Shown here: piece after piece, positions 56,556 through 63,993 of the stretch
Layout of the letters: each line of letters begins with the position of its first letter
Numbering within the stretch: position 1 is the first letter of the stretch
Source of the DNA: a virus
Length of the DNA stretch: 64,000 nt
Virus record (IMG/VR): IMGVR_UViG_3300035698_013740
Location: 8,382-72,381 of that record
Reading direction: 5' to 3' (one strand)
The notes under the pieces: generated by a model
The model's input: only the letters and a program-made list of their open reading frames with translations
Told to the model about the DNA's origin: nothing
Database searches by the model: none
Position numbers and translations under genes: made by a program

Positions 56556-56611
56556 TGGCAGTATCGTGGATTCCAAACCCACGGGTTGAGGTTCGATTCC
56601 TCAGACCGGTG
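56541..56611 (+). tRNA. tRNA-Trp(CCA)
   Basis: GCCGGTC/GACCGGT; GTGGA-TTCCAAA-CCCAC; G73. Confidence 0.78.
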
Positions 56612-56618
56612 CAAATGA

Positions 56619-56645
56619 GTGGGTTCGATTCCCACGACCAGTGCA
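56619..56645 (+). pseudogene. Orphan 3' half of a tRNA (T arm plus acceptor strand), Trp-like
   Basis: GTGGG-TTCGATT-CCCAC-GACCAGT-GCA vs GACCGGT-GCA of the upstream tRNA. Confidence 0.7.
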
Positions 56646-56665
56646 AAACTTAAAACTAAGAGATA

Positions 56666-57082
56666 ATGAGTGACGTAAGGGATTTTAAAAAGTTAGAAGA
56701 AACCGTTCATCCTCACCAACCAATTTATATGGATAAATACGGAACAGTTAGATTTAAACGAAATAAGATAGTAGATTATCTCATAAGTGGTAAAGTAAAG
56801 CAAGGTATAGATCTTAATGATTTGGCAATTATGGATTTTCCTAGAGAAGATTGGGAACAACTTGGTCAATTGATCGGATACTCAGTATCAGGATGGGGTG
56901 GACTATCTTACGTATCTCCAATTAATTGTGCTGCATGTGATTCTATGGTAGAAAATCCTACTGAAGATCCAAAGGATATTCAAATCAGAGAATTGACAAA
57001 TACGGTTAATAACTTGAAGAAGGCTTTACAAGAACCAATAGCAGATTTATTTGGTATTCATCCTGACTCATTAAGAGTATAG
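56666..57082 (+). CDS. Hypothetical protein
   Basis: HPHQPI..RFKRNKIV..QLGQLIGYS. Confidence 0.7.
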   Translation: MSDVRDFKKLEETVHPHQPIYMDKYGTVRFKRNKIVDYLISGKVKQGIDLNDLAIMDFPREDWEQLGQLIGYSVSGWGGLSYVSPINCAACDSMVENPTEDPKDIQIRELTNTVNNLKKALQEPIADLFGIHPDSLRV

Positions 57083-57087
57083 TATAA

Positions 57088-57162
57088 GCCGACGTAGTTT
57101 TGAAGGTATAAAACATCACTATGGTACAGTGAAGATCTCGGGTTCGATCCCCGACGTTGGCT
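57088..57162 (+). tRNA. tRNA-Thr(GGT)
   Basis: GCCGACG/CGTTGGC; TCACT-ATGGTAC-AGTGA. Confidence 0.82.
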
Positions 57163-57186
57163 CATCATAGACAAAGGTAAATAAAC

Positions 57187-57453
57187 ATGAAAACGTATCA
57201 TCTAACACATAACGATGAAGAAAATCGTTGGGAAGTAAGTCCAGAAAAAAGTGAAGCTGTTGCATTTTGGGTAAATGAAGATGGCTCAAATCTTACAAAG
57301 AATGAAGCAATTCAGCACGCAGCAGACATGTTAAAAGAAGAACATAACCAAAACGGATATCCAATTTCACTTCGCATTCATAACAAGAGTGGTGGATTTT
57401 CAAAAGATGGTGAACGCACATATGGTGGAGATCCATCAAGTTCAACAGGTTAA
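57187..57453 (+). CDS. DUF2188-like protein
   Basis: YHL..WEV..TKNEAI..A..LRIHNKSG..ERTYG.DP. Confidence 0.7.
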   Translation: MKTYHLTHNDEENRWEVSPEKSEAVAFWVNEDGSNLTKNEAIQHAADMLKEEHNQNGYPISLRIHNKSGGFSKDGERTYGGDPSSSTG

Positions 57454-57458
57454 AAACT

Positions 57459-57656
57459 ATGACACCAGAAGATACGAAACTAGATGCTACACTACTAGAA
57501 AGATCATACAATGATGAATGGTGGCGGTCAGATACTGGAGAAACACTAGTTGAATCTGTAAATAAATTAGTGAATACTTTTAATCTTAAAGAAGAAGATG
57601 CTATAGACATAGTTATGGAAGTATTTAGTGCAGCACGTGGTGAATATGGAGACTAG
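57459..57656 (+). CDS. Hypothetical protein
   Basis: 65-aa ORF. Confidence 0.6.
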   Translation: MTPEDTKLDATLLERSYNDEWWRSDTGETLVESVNKLVNTFNLKEEDAIDIVMEVFSAARGEYGD

Positions 57657-57809
57657 CAATTGGTATTGGCCAAGAGTATGGACAGCACCATCGAATAAAA
57701 ATCAAAGTAAGTTAGGATACGAAAATCCTCAGTCACGTATTAGTAATAGAAGAAAACATGTAGTAAAAACTGGTCCATTTAGCAAATATCAGCTAAATAT
57801 CCATTATAG

Positions 57810-57880
57810 GTTCGATTAGTTCAGGGGTAGAACACAACCTTCGTAACGTTGAGACGTCAGTTCGATTCTGACATTGAACT
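57810..57880 (+). tRNA. tRNA-Thr(CGT)
   Basis: GTTCGAT/ATTGAAC; CAACC-TTCGTAA-CGTTG. Confidence 0.78.
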
Positions 57881-57962
57881 CATAGGTAATATCAAAAAAT
57901 TTGAGATACCTGTTTCTTTTGTTAAAACTAATTTGTATATTAGTACTCAACAACTAGAAATA

Positions 57963-57973
57963 GTTCTTTGAAA
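57963..57973 (+). promoter_or_regulatory. boxA-like antitermination motif
   Basis: GTTCTTTGAAA resembles rRNA-leader boxA; follows a promoter-like TTGTATATTAG. Confidence 0.45.
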
Positions 57974-57974
57974 T

Positions 57975-58138
57975 GAACAAGAATTTAGCTACAGGAGTAG
58001 CGTCTTTTGAGAATCAATAGTATCAAAAGAAACATCAGATGGGATCATTAAGCGGATCCAAACCCAAACGATTTTTAGAAAAGGAATAAAATTACATCTA
58101 AGAATAATTGCTAGTAGGTTCGACTCCTATCTTGTTCA
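57975..58138 (+). ncRNA. 164-nt RNA with tRNA acceptor stem and T arm enclosing a multi-hairpin domain
   Basis: GAACAAG/CTTGTTC-A; GTAGG-TTCGACT-CCTAT; GCTAC/GTAGC, TCTTTTGA/TCAAAAGA, AGATG/CATCT, GGATC/GATCC. Confidence 0.65.
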
Positions 58139-58146
58139 CTGATAAT

Positions 58147-58271
58147 AAATGAGTGGAAGAAGTAAATTCGTCAGTTGAAATGCTGGAGGGAATGCTAATA
58201 GGCTATCGTACGTAATCTATTGTAAGTCATTGAGAGATTCACACTGTGGGTATCAAATCCCACCTCATTTA
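58147..58271 (+). ncRNA. tRNA-like RNA with 6-nt anticodon loop and very long variable arm
   Basis: AAATGAG/CTCATTT; TCAGT-TGAAAT-GCTGG; GTGGG-TATCAAAT-CCCAC. Confidence 0.6.
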
Positions 58272-58279
58272 TTTTTTAT

Positions 58280-58352
58280 GCCCTCGTAGCTCAGTTGGTA
58301 GAGCACCTGGCTCTTAACCAGGGGGTCGTAGGTTCGAACCCTACCGGCGGCA
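58280..58352 (+). tRNA. tRNA-Lys(CTT)
   Basis: CCTGG-CTCTTAA-CCAGG. Confidence 0.88.
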
Positions 58353-58422
58353 CACTATTCATGAAACAAAATGTTTGTTTATGAATATAACGTATATGAA
58401 TTAGACAACAGCAACAACAGCA

Positions 58423-58662
58423 ATGATAATTTTAATTTATTTTTTACGAGCAGTAGCAGTAATATTATGTGGATGGGTAATTTTTAAAGTCGCAAGGGCT
58501 GCATTTAGAAGTGCAGATGTTTCTGAGCAACTTGATGAATATCACGATACAATATCTGCAGCAAATCTTGTAGAAAACAGTGGAATCGATCCACTAGAGT
58601 TAGAAAACGCTAGAGAGATGTTAGAAAATCTTTCTGAAACAGTTCAACAAACACAAGACTAA
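58423..58662 (+). CDS. Small membrane protein
   Basis: N-terminal hydrophobic helix; precedes SPFH gene. Confidence 0.65.
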   Translation: MIILIYFLRAVAVILCGWVIFKVARAAFRSADVSEQLDEYHDTISAANLVENSGIDPLELENAREMLENLSETVQQTQD

Positions 58663-58683
58663 TAAACAGTTATAAAAAACAAA

Positions 58684-59889
58684 ATGAATAATTTAACACC
58701 ACGAAAGATTGTAGTATATGCGATTAGCGCAATCTGCCTTCTCTTTCTTCTTGTTCAAAGCGGTAAAATCGTTGAGAATAATCAATTTGGCTATTACCAA
58801 GTAAAGCAGTCGTTTCCTAAAGGTGACATCACAGTTAGAACTTCACCTGGATTTTATGGTCAAAACTTTGGAGATTTGTATACGTACAAATTCTCTGATT
58901 CAATTGCACTATCTACGTCTTCACTAGATGGTGGAAATCACGAAGCTACTCAAGCAATTAGAGTACAATTTCCAGATGGATATGCAGATGTATCATTTGT
59001 AGGCCAATACGAACTTTCGCATGCATTAGAAGATCAACTTACTCTACAAGAAAAATATTCTTCAAATGAAGCAGTAAAACGAATGATTCGTCAGCAAGTA
59101 ATTGAAGCATTTAAGAATACAGGATCACTTTTTAATTCTGGCGATGCGTATGCAGATAAACGATCTGATTTTATTCGTCTAGCAGAAGAGCAAGTACGAT
59201 ATGGACTTTACGTACCTTTAGTTAGTACAGTAGAAATTCAAAATGCAGACGGATCTACTAGAGACGAAAAGCGATTTACGTTCAGAACTAATGAAGATGG
59301 AACTCCTGTAATTAATAAAGAACCAACACTTACTCAGTATGGAATTACATTCACACAGTTTAATGTAAAGGATATGGATTTTGACGATAAACTTGAACAG
59401 CTTATTGATGCACGAAAAGATGCTCAGCTATCTCAGCAGGACGCTCTAACAGCAACTGCACAAGGTGAAGCTCTTGTTGCAGCAGAACGAGCAACTCAAG
59501 AAATTGAAAAAATCAAACAAGTTACTATTGCTGAAAAAGAGAAAGAAGTTGCAGTTCTAAACGCAGAACAGTCGTTTGAAACTGAAGCTTTGGCTGCTCT
59601 TACTGCATTAGAAACTGCTAAGAAAGTTAGAGCAGAAGGTGAAGCTGAAGCTGCAATTCAAAGGGCACTTGTAAACGCTGGATTATCTCCACGTGAACAA
59701 GCAGAATTTGATAGAGATACTGCAATCGGCGTTGCTGAAGCAATGGCTAAGATTAATCTTCCAGATGTTATGATCTTTGGTGGCGGAGACGGTGGTGGAC
59801 CACTCAATCCATTTGATGCTGTTGGCTTGCAGACCTTTATGCAAATTAGCCAAGGTATGAATAAGTCTACATCATCAAACAATAAATAA
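58684..59889 (+). CDS. SPFH/Band-7 (flotillin-like) membrane protein
   Basis: N-terminal TM, YGITFTQFNVKD, AEA/AER coiled coil, IGVAEAMAKI.LP. Confidence 0.82.
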   Translation: MNNLTPRKIVVYAISAICLLFLLVQSGKIVENNQFGYYQVKQSFPKGDITVRTSPGFYGQNFGDLYTYKFSDSIALSTSSLDGGNHEATQAIRVQFPDGYADVSFVGQYELSHALEDQLTLQEKYSSNEAVKRMIRQQVIEAFKNTGSLFNSGDAYADKRSDFIRLAEEQVRYGLYVPLVSTVEIQNADGSTRDEKRFTFRTNEDGTPVINKEPTLTQYGITFTQFNVKDMDFDDKLEQLIDARKDAQLSQQDALTATAQGEALVAAERATQEIEKIKQVTIAEKEKEVAVLNAEQSFETEALAALTALETAKKVRAEGEAEAAIQRALVNAGLSPREQAEFDRDTAIGVAEAMAKINLPDVMIFGGGDGGGPLNPFDAVGLQTFMQISQGMNKSTSSNNK

Positions 59890-59920
59890 TAACTAAGTTA
59901 CATTAGTTGTTGTTGGACTG

Positions 59921-59954
59921 GAAGAGGTACTTAGCAATAAGTACCTCTTCTTTT
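59921..59954 (+). terminator. Intrinsic terminator
   Basis: GAAGAGGTACTTA-gcaa-TAAGTACCTCTTC-tttt. Confidence 0.85.
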
Positions 59955-59976
59955 GTCCGTTGAGTATTTATAGTAT

Positions 59977-60048
59977 GGACTTATGTTTGTAATGGATGCA
60001 TATGACTCTACGAAAGTCAAGGTCTAGGTTCGAATCCTAGTAAGTCTA
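59977..60048 (+). tRNA. tRNA-Arg(ACG)
   Basis: GGACTTA/TAAGTCT; TGACT-CTACGAA-AGTCA. Confidence 0.8.
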
Positions 60049-60054
60049 CTACAC

Positions 60055-60126
60055 ATCCTTGTGGTGCAATTGGAAGCATAACGGTCTTCGAAACCGTAGA
60101 TGAGAGTTCGAATCTCTCTGAGGATA
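60055..60126 (+). tRNA. tRNA-Arg(TCG)
   Basis: ACGGT-CTTCGAA-ACCGT; A20. Confidence 0.8.
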
Positions 60127-60198
60127 CAAAATGATTACAATTCCGTAATCACTTAACAACAAAAAACAATATAGCTTGTATAGTTGAGGAAAAATAAA

Positions 60199-60729
60199 AT
60201 GAGCATATATCTGACCGCAGATACACATTTTGGGCACAAAAATATAATCAAATTTGCCAAAAGGCCATTTGAAACAGTTAAAGAAATGGATCAAGAGTTG
60301 ATCCACAGATGGAATTCAAAAGTTAGACCAAACGATGACATATATCACTTAGGTGATTTTTCATTTTCAGATGAAGGGAGAATGCATGAAATACTACTTC
60401 AATTAAATGGAAGAATTCATATGATTTGGGGTAATCATGATCATAGACTCAGAAATGATGCCAATTTAAGAAACTTTTTTGCTTGGACACGGTATTATCA
60501 TGAAATCAATTACAATCGAGAAAAGTTTATTCTGTTCCATTATCCAATGTTTGAATGGAATAAAATGCATAGAGGATCGTACCACTGCTTTGGACATGTC
60601 CATGGTAGCACACTCGGTAGAGGAGGACGATCAATGGATGTTGGAGTAGATGTACATGATTATTATCCAGTTCACATAGATGAGGTTGTGGACACTCTTA
60701 AGGATAAGGAAATTTTCACTCATCACTAA
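60199..60729 (+). CDS. Calcineurin-like metallophosphoesterase
   Basis: DTHFGH, LGDF, GNHD, FHYP, GHVHG, DVGVD. Confidence 0.9.
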   Translation: MSIYLTADTHFGHKNIIKFAKRPFETVKEMDQELIHRWNSKVRPNDDIYHLGDFSFSDEGRMHEILLQLNGRIHMIWGNHDHRLRNDANLRNFFAWTRYYHEINYNREKFILFHYPMFEWNKMHRGSYHCFGHVHGSTLGRGGRSMDVGVDVHDYYPVHIDEVVDTLKDKEIFTHH

Positions 60730-60748
60730 ATTTTAATCACAAACAATT

Positions 60749-61198
60749 TTGGATTGGATAGAATACTTTGTACGTATAGTAAACGTAGTAAAACTGAAAT
60801 CTAAAGATACTTCAACTAAGTGCGGTGCATTGATAGTAGGTGAAGATAATGAATTGGTTTCAACTGGTTATAACTCACTACCTAGAGGGGTAGATGATTC
60901 AAAACTAGAACGGTATGATCGACCTGTAAAATATTATTGGTTTGAGCATGCAGAACGAAATGCAATTTATAATGCTGCTAGGGTTGGAGTACAAACTAAA
61001 GGATGCAGTTTATATCTAAGTGCTGATGGACCATGTGTCGATTGTGCTCGAGCTATTATAAATGCAGGTATTAAAACAATTTACTGTAACTCGAAACAAA
61101 TTCTAGACCCTGAAAAGTGGGCAGAACAGCTTAGAATTTCTAAGGAAATGTTAGACGAGGCAGGAGTAGAAATAATAAAATACGATGTCCAAACTTAG
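60749..61198 (+). CDS. dCMP deaminase family protein
   Basis: SKD..CGA, TGYN, HAERNAI, PCVDC; TTG start. Confidence 0.9.
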   Translation: MDWIEYFVRIVNVVKLKSKDTSTKCGALIVGEDNELVSTGYNSLPRGVDDSKLERYDRPVKYYWFEHAERNAIYNAARVGVQTKGCSLYLSADGPCVDCARAIINAGIKTIYCNSKQILDPEKWAEQLRISKEMLDEAGVEIIKYDVQT

Positions 61199-61814
61199 TA
61201 GAGAACTTAAAGAATTAACGTTAGATATGGAAAAATTTGATACACCGGAAGAATTTTTTGATGCAATGGAACGGGATTGGAAAAATCAATCTTGGTATGA
61301 TAGCATGTGGTATGAAATTACATATAAATTTTCATCAGCAATTACCTTTTTTAAAGAAACAGGTAGAAGCTTACGAAATTTCTGGAGATTCAAAGGGGTA
61401 ATTTGGAAATTCAGAGATTGGGCAATTGGGTACAATATAGATATATTGGCAAAATCTTTAGAATATACTAGAGATGGCGTTAGAAATGATATTATATATC
61501 AGGAATACCTAGATCCAAAGGTTAAACAGATTGATAGATTCATTTGGCTTTCTAAGAACTATGAAAATGGTATGGAGTTAATTGATGAAGATAAAGGAAT
61601 TGATTATACGATATTTAGAAATACAGCAACACCTGAACAGCTCAAAGAATATGCAAACCTAACAGATAAGTTAGAAGATGCAATGTGGGTCGAAATGTGG
61701 ACGATTCTTTTGGGAAGTGGTGCAGAACCAACCAACAAGATTGTCCAGGATGACGGAGAAGAATTTACTTTAAATATCACAGACGGAACAGATGCAAGAC
61801 GTTGGTATTCATAA
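61185..61814 (+). CDS. Hypothetical protein
   Basis: 209-aa ORF, DGTDARRWY terminus. Confidence 0.65.
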   Translation: MSKLSRELKELTLDMEKFDTPEEFFDAMERDWKNQSWYDSMWYEITYKFSSAITFFKETGRSLRNFWRFKGVIWKFRDWAIGYNIDILAKSLEYTRDGVRNDIIYQEYLDPKVKQIDRFIWLSKNYENGMELIDEDKGIDYTIFRNTATPEQLKEYANLTDKLEDAMWVEMWTILLGSGAEPTNKIVQDDGEEFTLNITDGTDARRWYS

Positions 61815-62075
61815 TGGGCAATCCTAGAATGTTCTTAGAGCTAGTTTGGTATTATGTCATGACAATCTCAGTATTGCTTCCTCTTGCGTTCATTTACGTA
61901 TACACAAAGGATAAATTTACAAAATGACAGTGTGTAGATGCCAAATCGCTTAGCGTTAAAATGTTATATAGTTATAGTTATATATAGATGGCATATTTTT
62001 AATGTGATATAGATCATTTTCAAGGTATATAAGCTATTTATTAGTAGTAAATAACTGAGATTCGTGATGATCTAT

Positions 62076-62426
62076 ATGGCATTTGACATATTTAAAATTT
62101 TTGAAAAACTTCTTACCGGAGAAGGAGCGGTACTCTTTGGTGCGTTATTGGTGATTAGTGGATTACTAATTGCAGTACGTAAGCTTTGGGTTCGAGACAA
62201 TGAACGTGAAAAGTCTTTCAATAAGATGTTAGAACAGAAAAATATCATTTTGAAAGAAAAAGATGCAGTTCTAGAAGAACTACTAAGAAGTAATGTTGAA
62301 GTATTGACTACGCTAGATAAGAATATAGAAGCTATGGATAGAGAAATACCTGAATCCATACGATCTTCTAAGGAAATTATACTTCAATCTATACATTCAT
62401 TAGAAACATTAATAAATAGCAAATAA
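62076..62426 (+). CDS. Single-TM coiled-coil protein (holin-like)
   Basis: GAVLFGALLVISGLLIAV then coiled coil. Confidence 0.55.
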   Translation: MAFDIFKIFEKLLTGEGAVLFGALLVISGLLIAVRKLWVRDNEREKSFNKMLEQKNIILKEKDAVLEELLRSNVEVLTTLDKNIEAMDREIPESIRSSKEIILQSIHSLETLINSK

Positions 62427-62427
62427 A

Positions 62428-62913
62428 ATGTATATAGAACGGACGTTTGAACCTGAAATTAGACAAATTCGTGAGCTAACTAGTAAAATTACTACTAGAA
62501 ATTATACGTATGTTACTATGGCTGATTCAACTGTTAAAGGTTTCCATCAAACAGCATTGAGCGGTAACGGTGATATGCCATTACTTATACTTACAACGGA
62601 GTGGCAAGATGTTGGTGAAGGTGTATTAATGAAACTAACTGAAACGTTTAAAGAATTTGACGATAGTCATACAGTTATGTTAGTTAAGTGGCCAAAAAAC
62701 ATTATATTTCCAAAACACTATCACACATGGGCAGAATTCTTTCATGTTCTAGATGGTGAATGTTCCATATTCGTTCAGAACTTAGAAACTGATGAAGTTA
62801 TTATCGGCACTGGAGATTCATTCGGTCCAATACAACCATTGATACCCCATGGTGGGTTATCAATAGAAGATACGCTACTCCTCATAGTCACTACACCAGC
62901 TCTGAGTAAGTAA
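62428..62913 (+). CDS. Cupin-domain protein
   Basis: PKHYHTWAEFFHVLDG..GDS..PH. Confidence 0.8.
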   Translation: MYIERTFEPEIRQIRELTSKITTRNYTYVTMADSTVKGFHQTALSGNGDMPLLILTTEWQDVGEGVLMKLTETFKEFDDSHTVMLVKWPKNIIFPKHYHTWAEFFHVLDGECSIFVQNLETDEVIIGTGDSFGPIQPLIPHGGLSIEDTLLLIVTTPALSK

Positions 62914-62920
62914 AACTCAT

Positions 62921-63009
62921 GGAAGTGGTCCGGATGGACGAGGATCTTGTTTGCTAAACAAGTAACACCTTAGCGGGTGTCGGGGGTTCGATTCCCTTCA
63001 CTTCCTCCA
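62921..63009 (+). tRNA. tRNA-Ser(GCT), encoded CCA
   Basis: GGAAGTG/CACTTCC; CTTGT-TTGCTAA-ACAAG; ACACC/GGTGT arm. Confidence 0.85.
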
Positions 63010-63028
63010 CATAAAAGCAGAATAATAA

Positions 63029-63265
63029 ATGCCTACATATGATTATAAGAGAGAAGATGGTTCTATTTTTGAAATAACTCAGAGAATTACTGATGCTTCA
63101 CTTAAACTATGTCCAACTACTGGTCAATCCGTAAAGCGGATAATTAGTGGTGGTGCTGGATTAATCTTTAATGGTAGTGGATTCTATTCTACCGATTATG
63201 GTAGTAAGAAAAATGAAACCAACAATAAATCCAAAGGATCTTCCTCACAGGGGGAAGACTCTTAA
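63029..63265 (+). CDS. FmdB-like zinc-ribbon protein
   Basis: MPTYDY..FEITQ..CP..KRIIS..IFNGSGFY.TDY (most Cys lost). Confidence 0.75.
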   Translation: MPTYDYKREDGSIFEITQRITDASLKLCPTTGQSVKRIISGGAGLIFNGSGFYSTDYGSKKNETNNKSKGSSSQGEDS

Positions 63266-63491
63266 AACTTTAATCATAATAGAAGCATCTGGTATGATCA
63301 AAGATCTTAAGGATTTACCAAATGTTTCAAATAAGCATATTAGATCATTAACGGATCCTGAATTTGGAACTGTAAGACATTATGTGAATTACGCGTTTTT
63401 TGAAAATATGAATAATACTGACCTTAAAAAATATTTAGCAAAGGTGGAAACAAAACATCCGTTAGTTATATTTAAGAGAAAGGAAAGTTAA
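63213..63491 (+). CDS. Hypothetical protein
   Basis: 92-aa ORF. Confidence 0.5.
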   Translation: MKPTINPKDLPHRGKTLKTLIIIEASGMIKDLKDLPNVSNKHIRSLTDPEFGTVRHYVNYAFFENMNNTDLKKYLAKVETKHPLVIFKRKES

Positions 63492-63496
63492 TTTAT

Positions 63497-63570
63497 GCAC
63501 ATGTAGCACGGTCTGGTAGTGTAGCGCTCTGATACGGCGTTGGTCGCAGGTTCAAATCCTGCCATGTGTA
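63497..63570 (+). tRNA. tRNA-Ile(GAT)
   Basis: GCACATG/CATGTGT; GCGCT-CTGATAC-GGCGT. Confidence 0.85.
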
Positions 63571-63748
63571 CCCCATAGACTATTTTGTACTTCGATATAC
63601 TATTAGTATAACGAAGAAACAAAAACACTACTGAATAGCTCCAGATACGCGGAAACAAAAGGCTTTCAGAAACCCATAAGGTTGCGACCTTACGGATAAG
63701 TCCAATGCAAGTATGCGCATACAAACATTGGCAAAATTTATTATTTAT

Positions 63749-63825
63749 GCCCGATTAGCCAAGAATAGGACTAAGGCATCTGTTTTACATGCAGACAATC
63801 ACAGGTTCGAATCCTATATCGGGTA
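63749..63825 (+). tRNA. tRNA-Val(TAC)
   Basis: GCCCGAT/ATCGGGT; TCTGT-TTTACAT-GCAGA. Confidence 0.85.
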
Positions 63826-63828
63826 CAG

Positions 63829-63913
63829 CGCAAGCATGGTTAGACTATTCATCTACATATATGCTAATGCTAATCTTTGAAACGATTAGAGTCAGTGAAA
63901 CTCTGGCTTGCGG
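63829..63913 (+). ncRNA. tRNA-like structured RNA
   Basis: CGCAAGC/GCTTGCG terminal stem, CTAATC-TTTGAAAC-GATTAG, T-arm-like CAG-TGAAACT-CTG. Confidence 0.45.
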
Positions 63914-63917
63914 AAAT

Positions 63918-63993
63918 GCACTCGTGGGCAAATTGGTAAAGTCGCTAGTTTTAGAAACTAGAGAATTTGTGGGTTCGACCCCCACCGAGTGTA
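63918..63993 (+). tRNA. tRNA-Leu(TAG) with short variable region
   Basis: GCACTCG/CGAGTGT; CTAGT-TTTAGAA-ACTAG; variable loop AGAATTT only; A73. Confidence 0.85.

Noticed and set aside
56541-56611. tRNA-Gly(TCC) reading
   Set aside because: Arm spacing centres CCA in the 7-nt loop and G73 fits Trp.
57646-57819. Small ORF overlapping tRNA-Thr(CGT)
   Set aside because: Short, no motif and overlaps both neighbours; cannot be supported.
57975-58138. tmRNA or group I intron-containing tRNA
   Set aside because: No G3:U70, no tag frame recognised, and too short for either.
63632-63657. Hammerhead ribozyme (CTGA..GAAAC)
   Set aside because: Core CUGANGA and stem II do not match properly.
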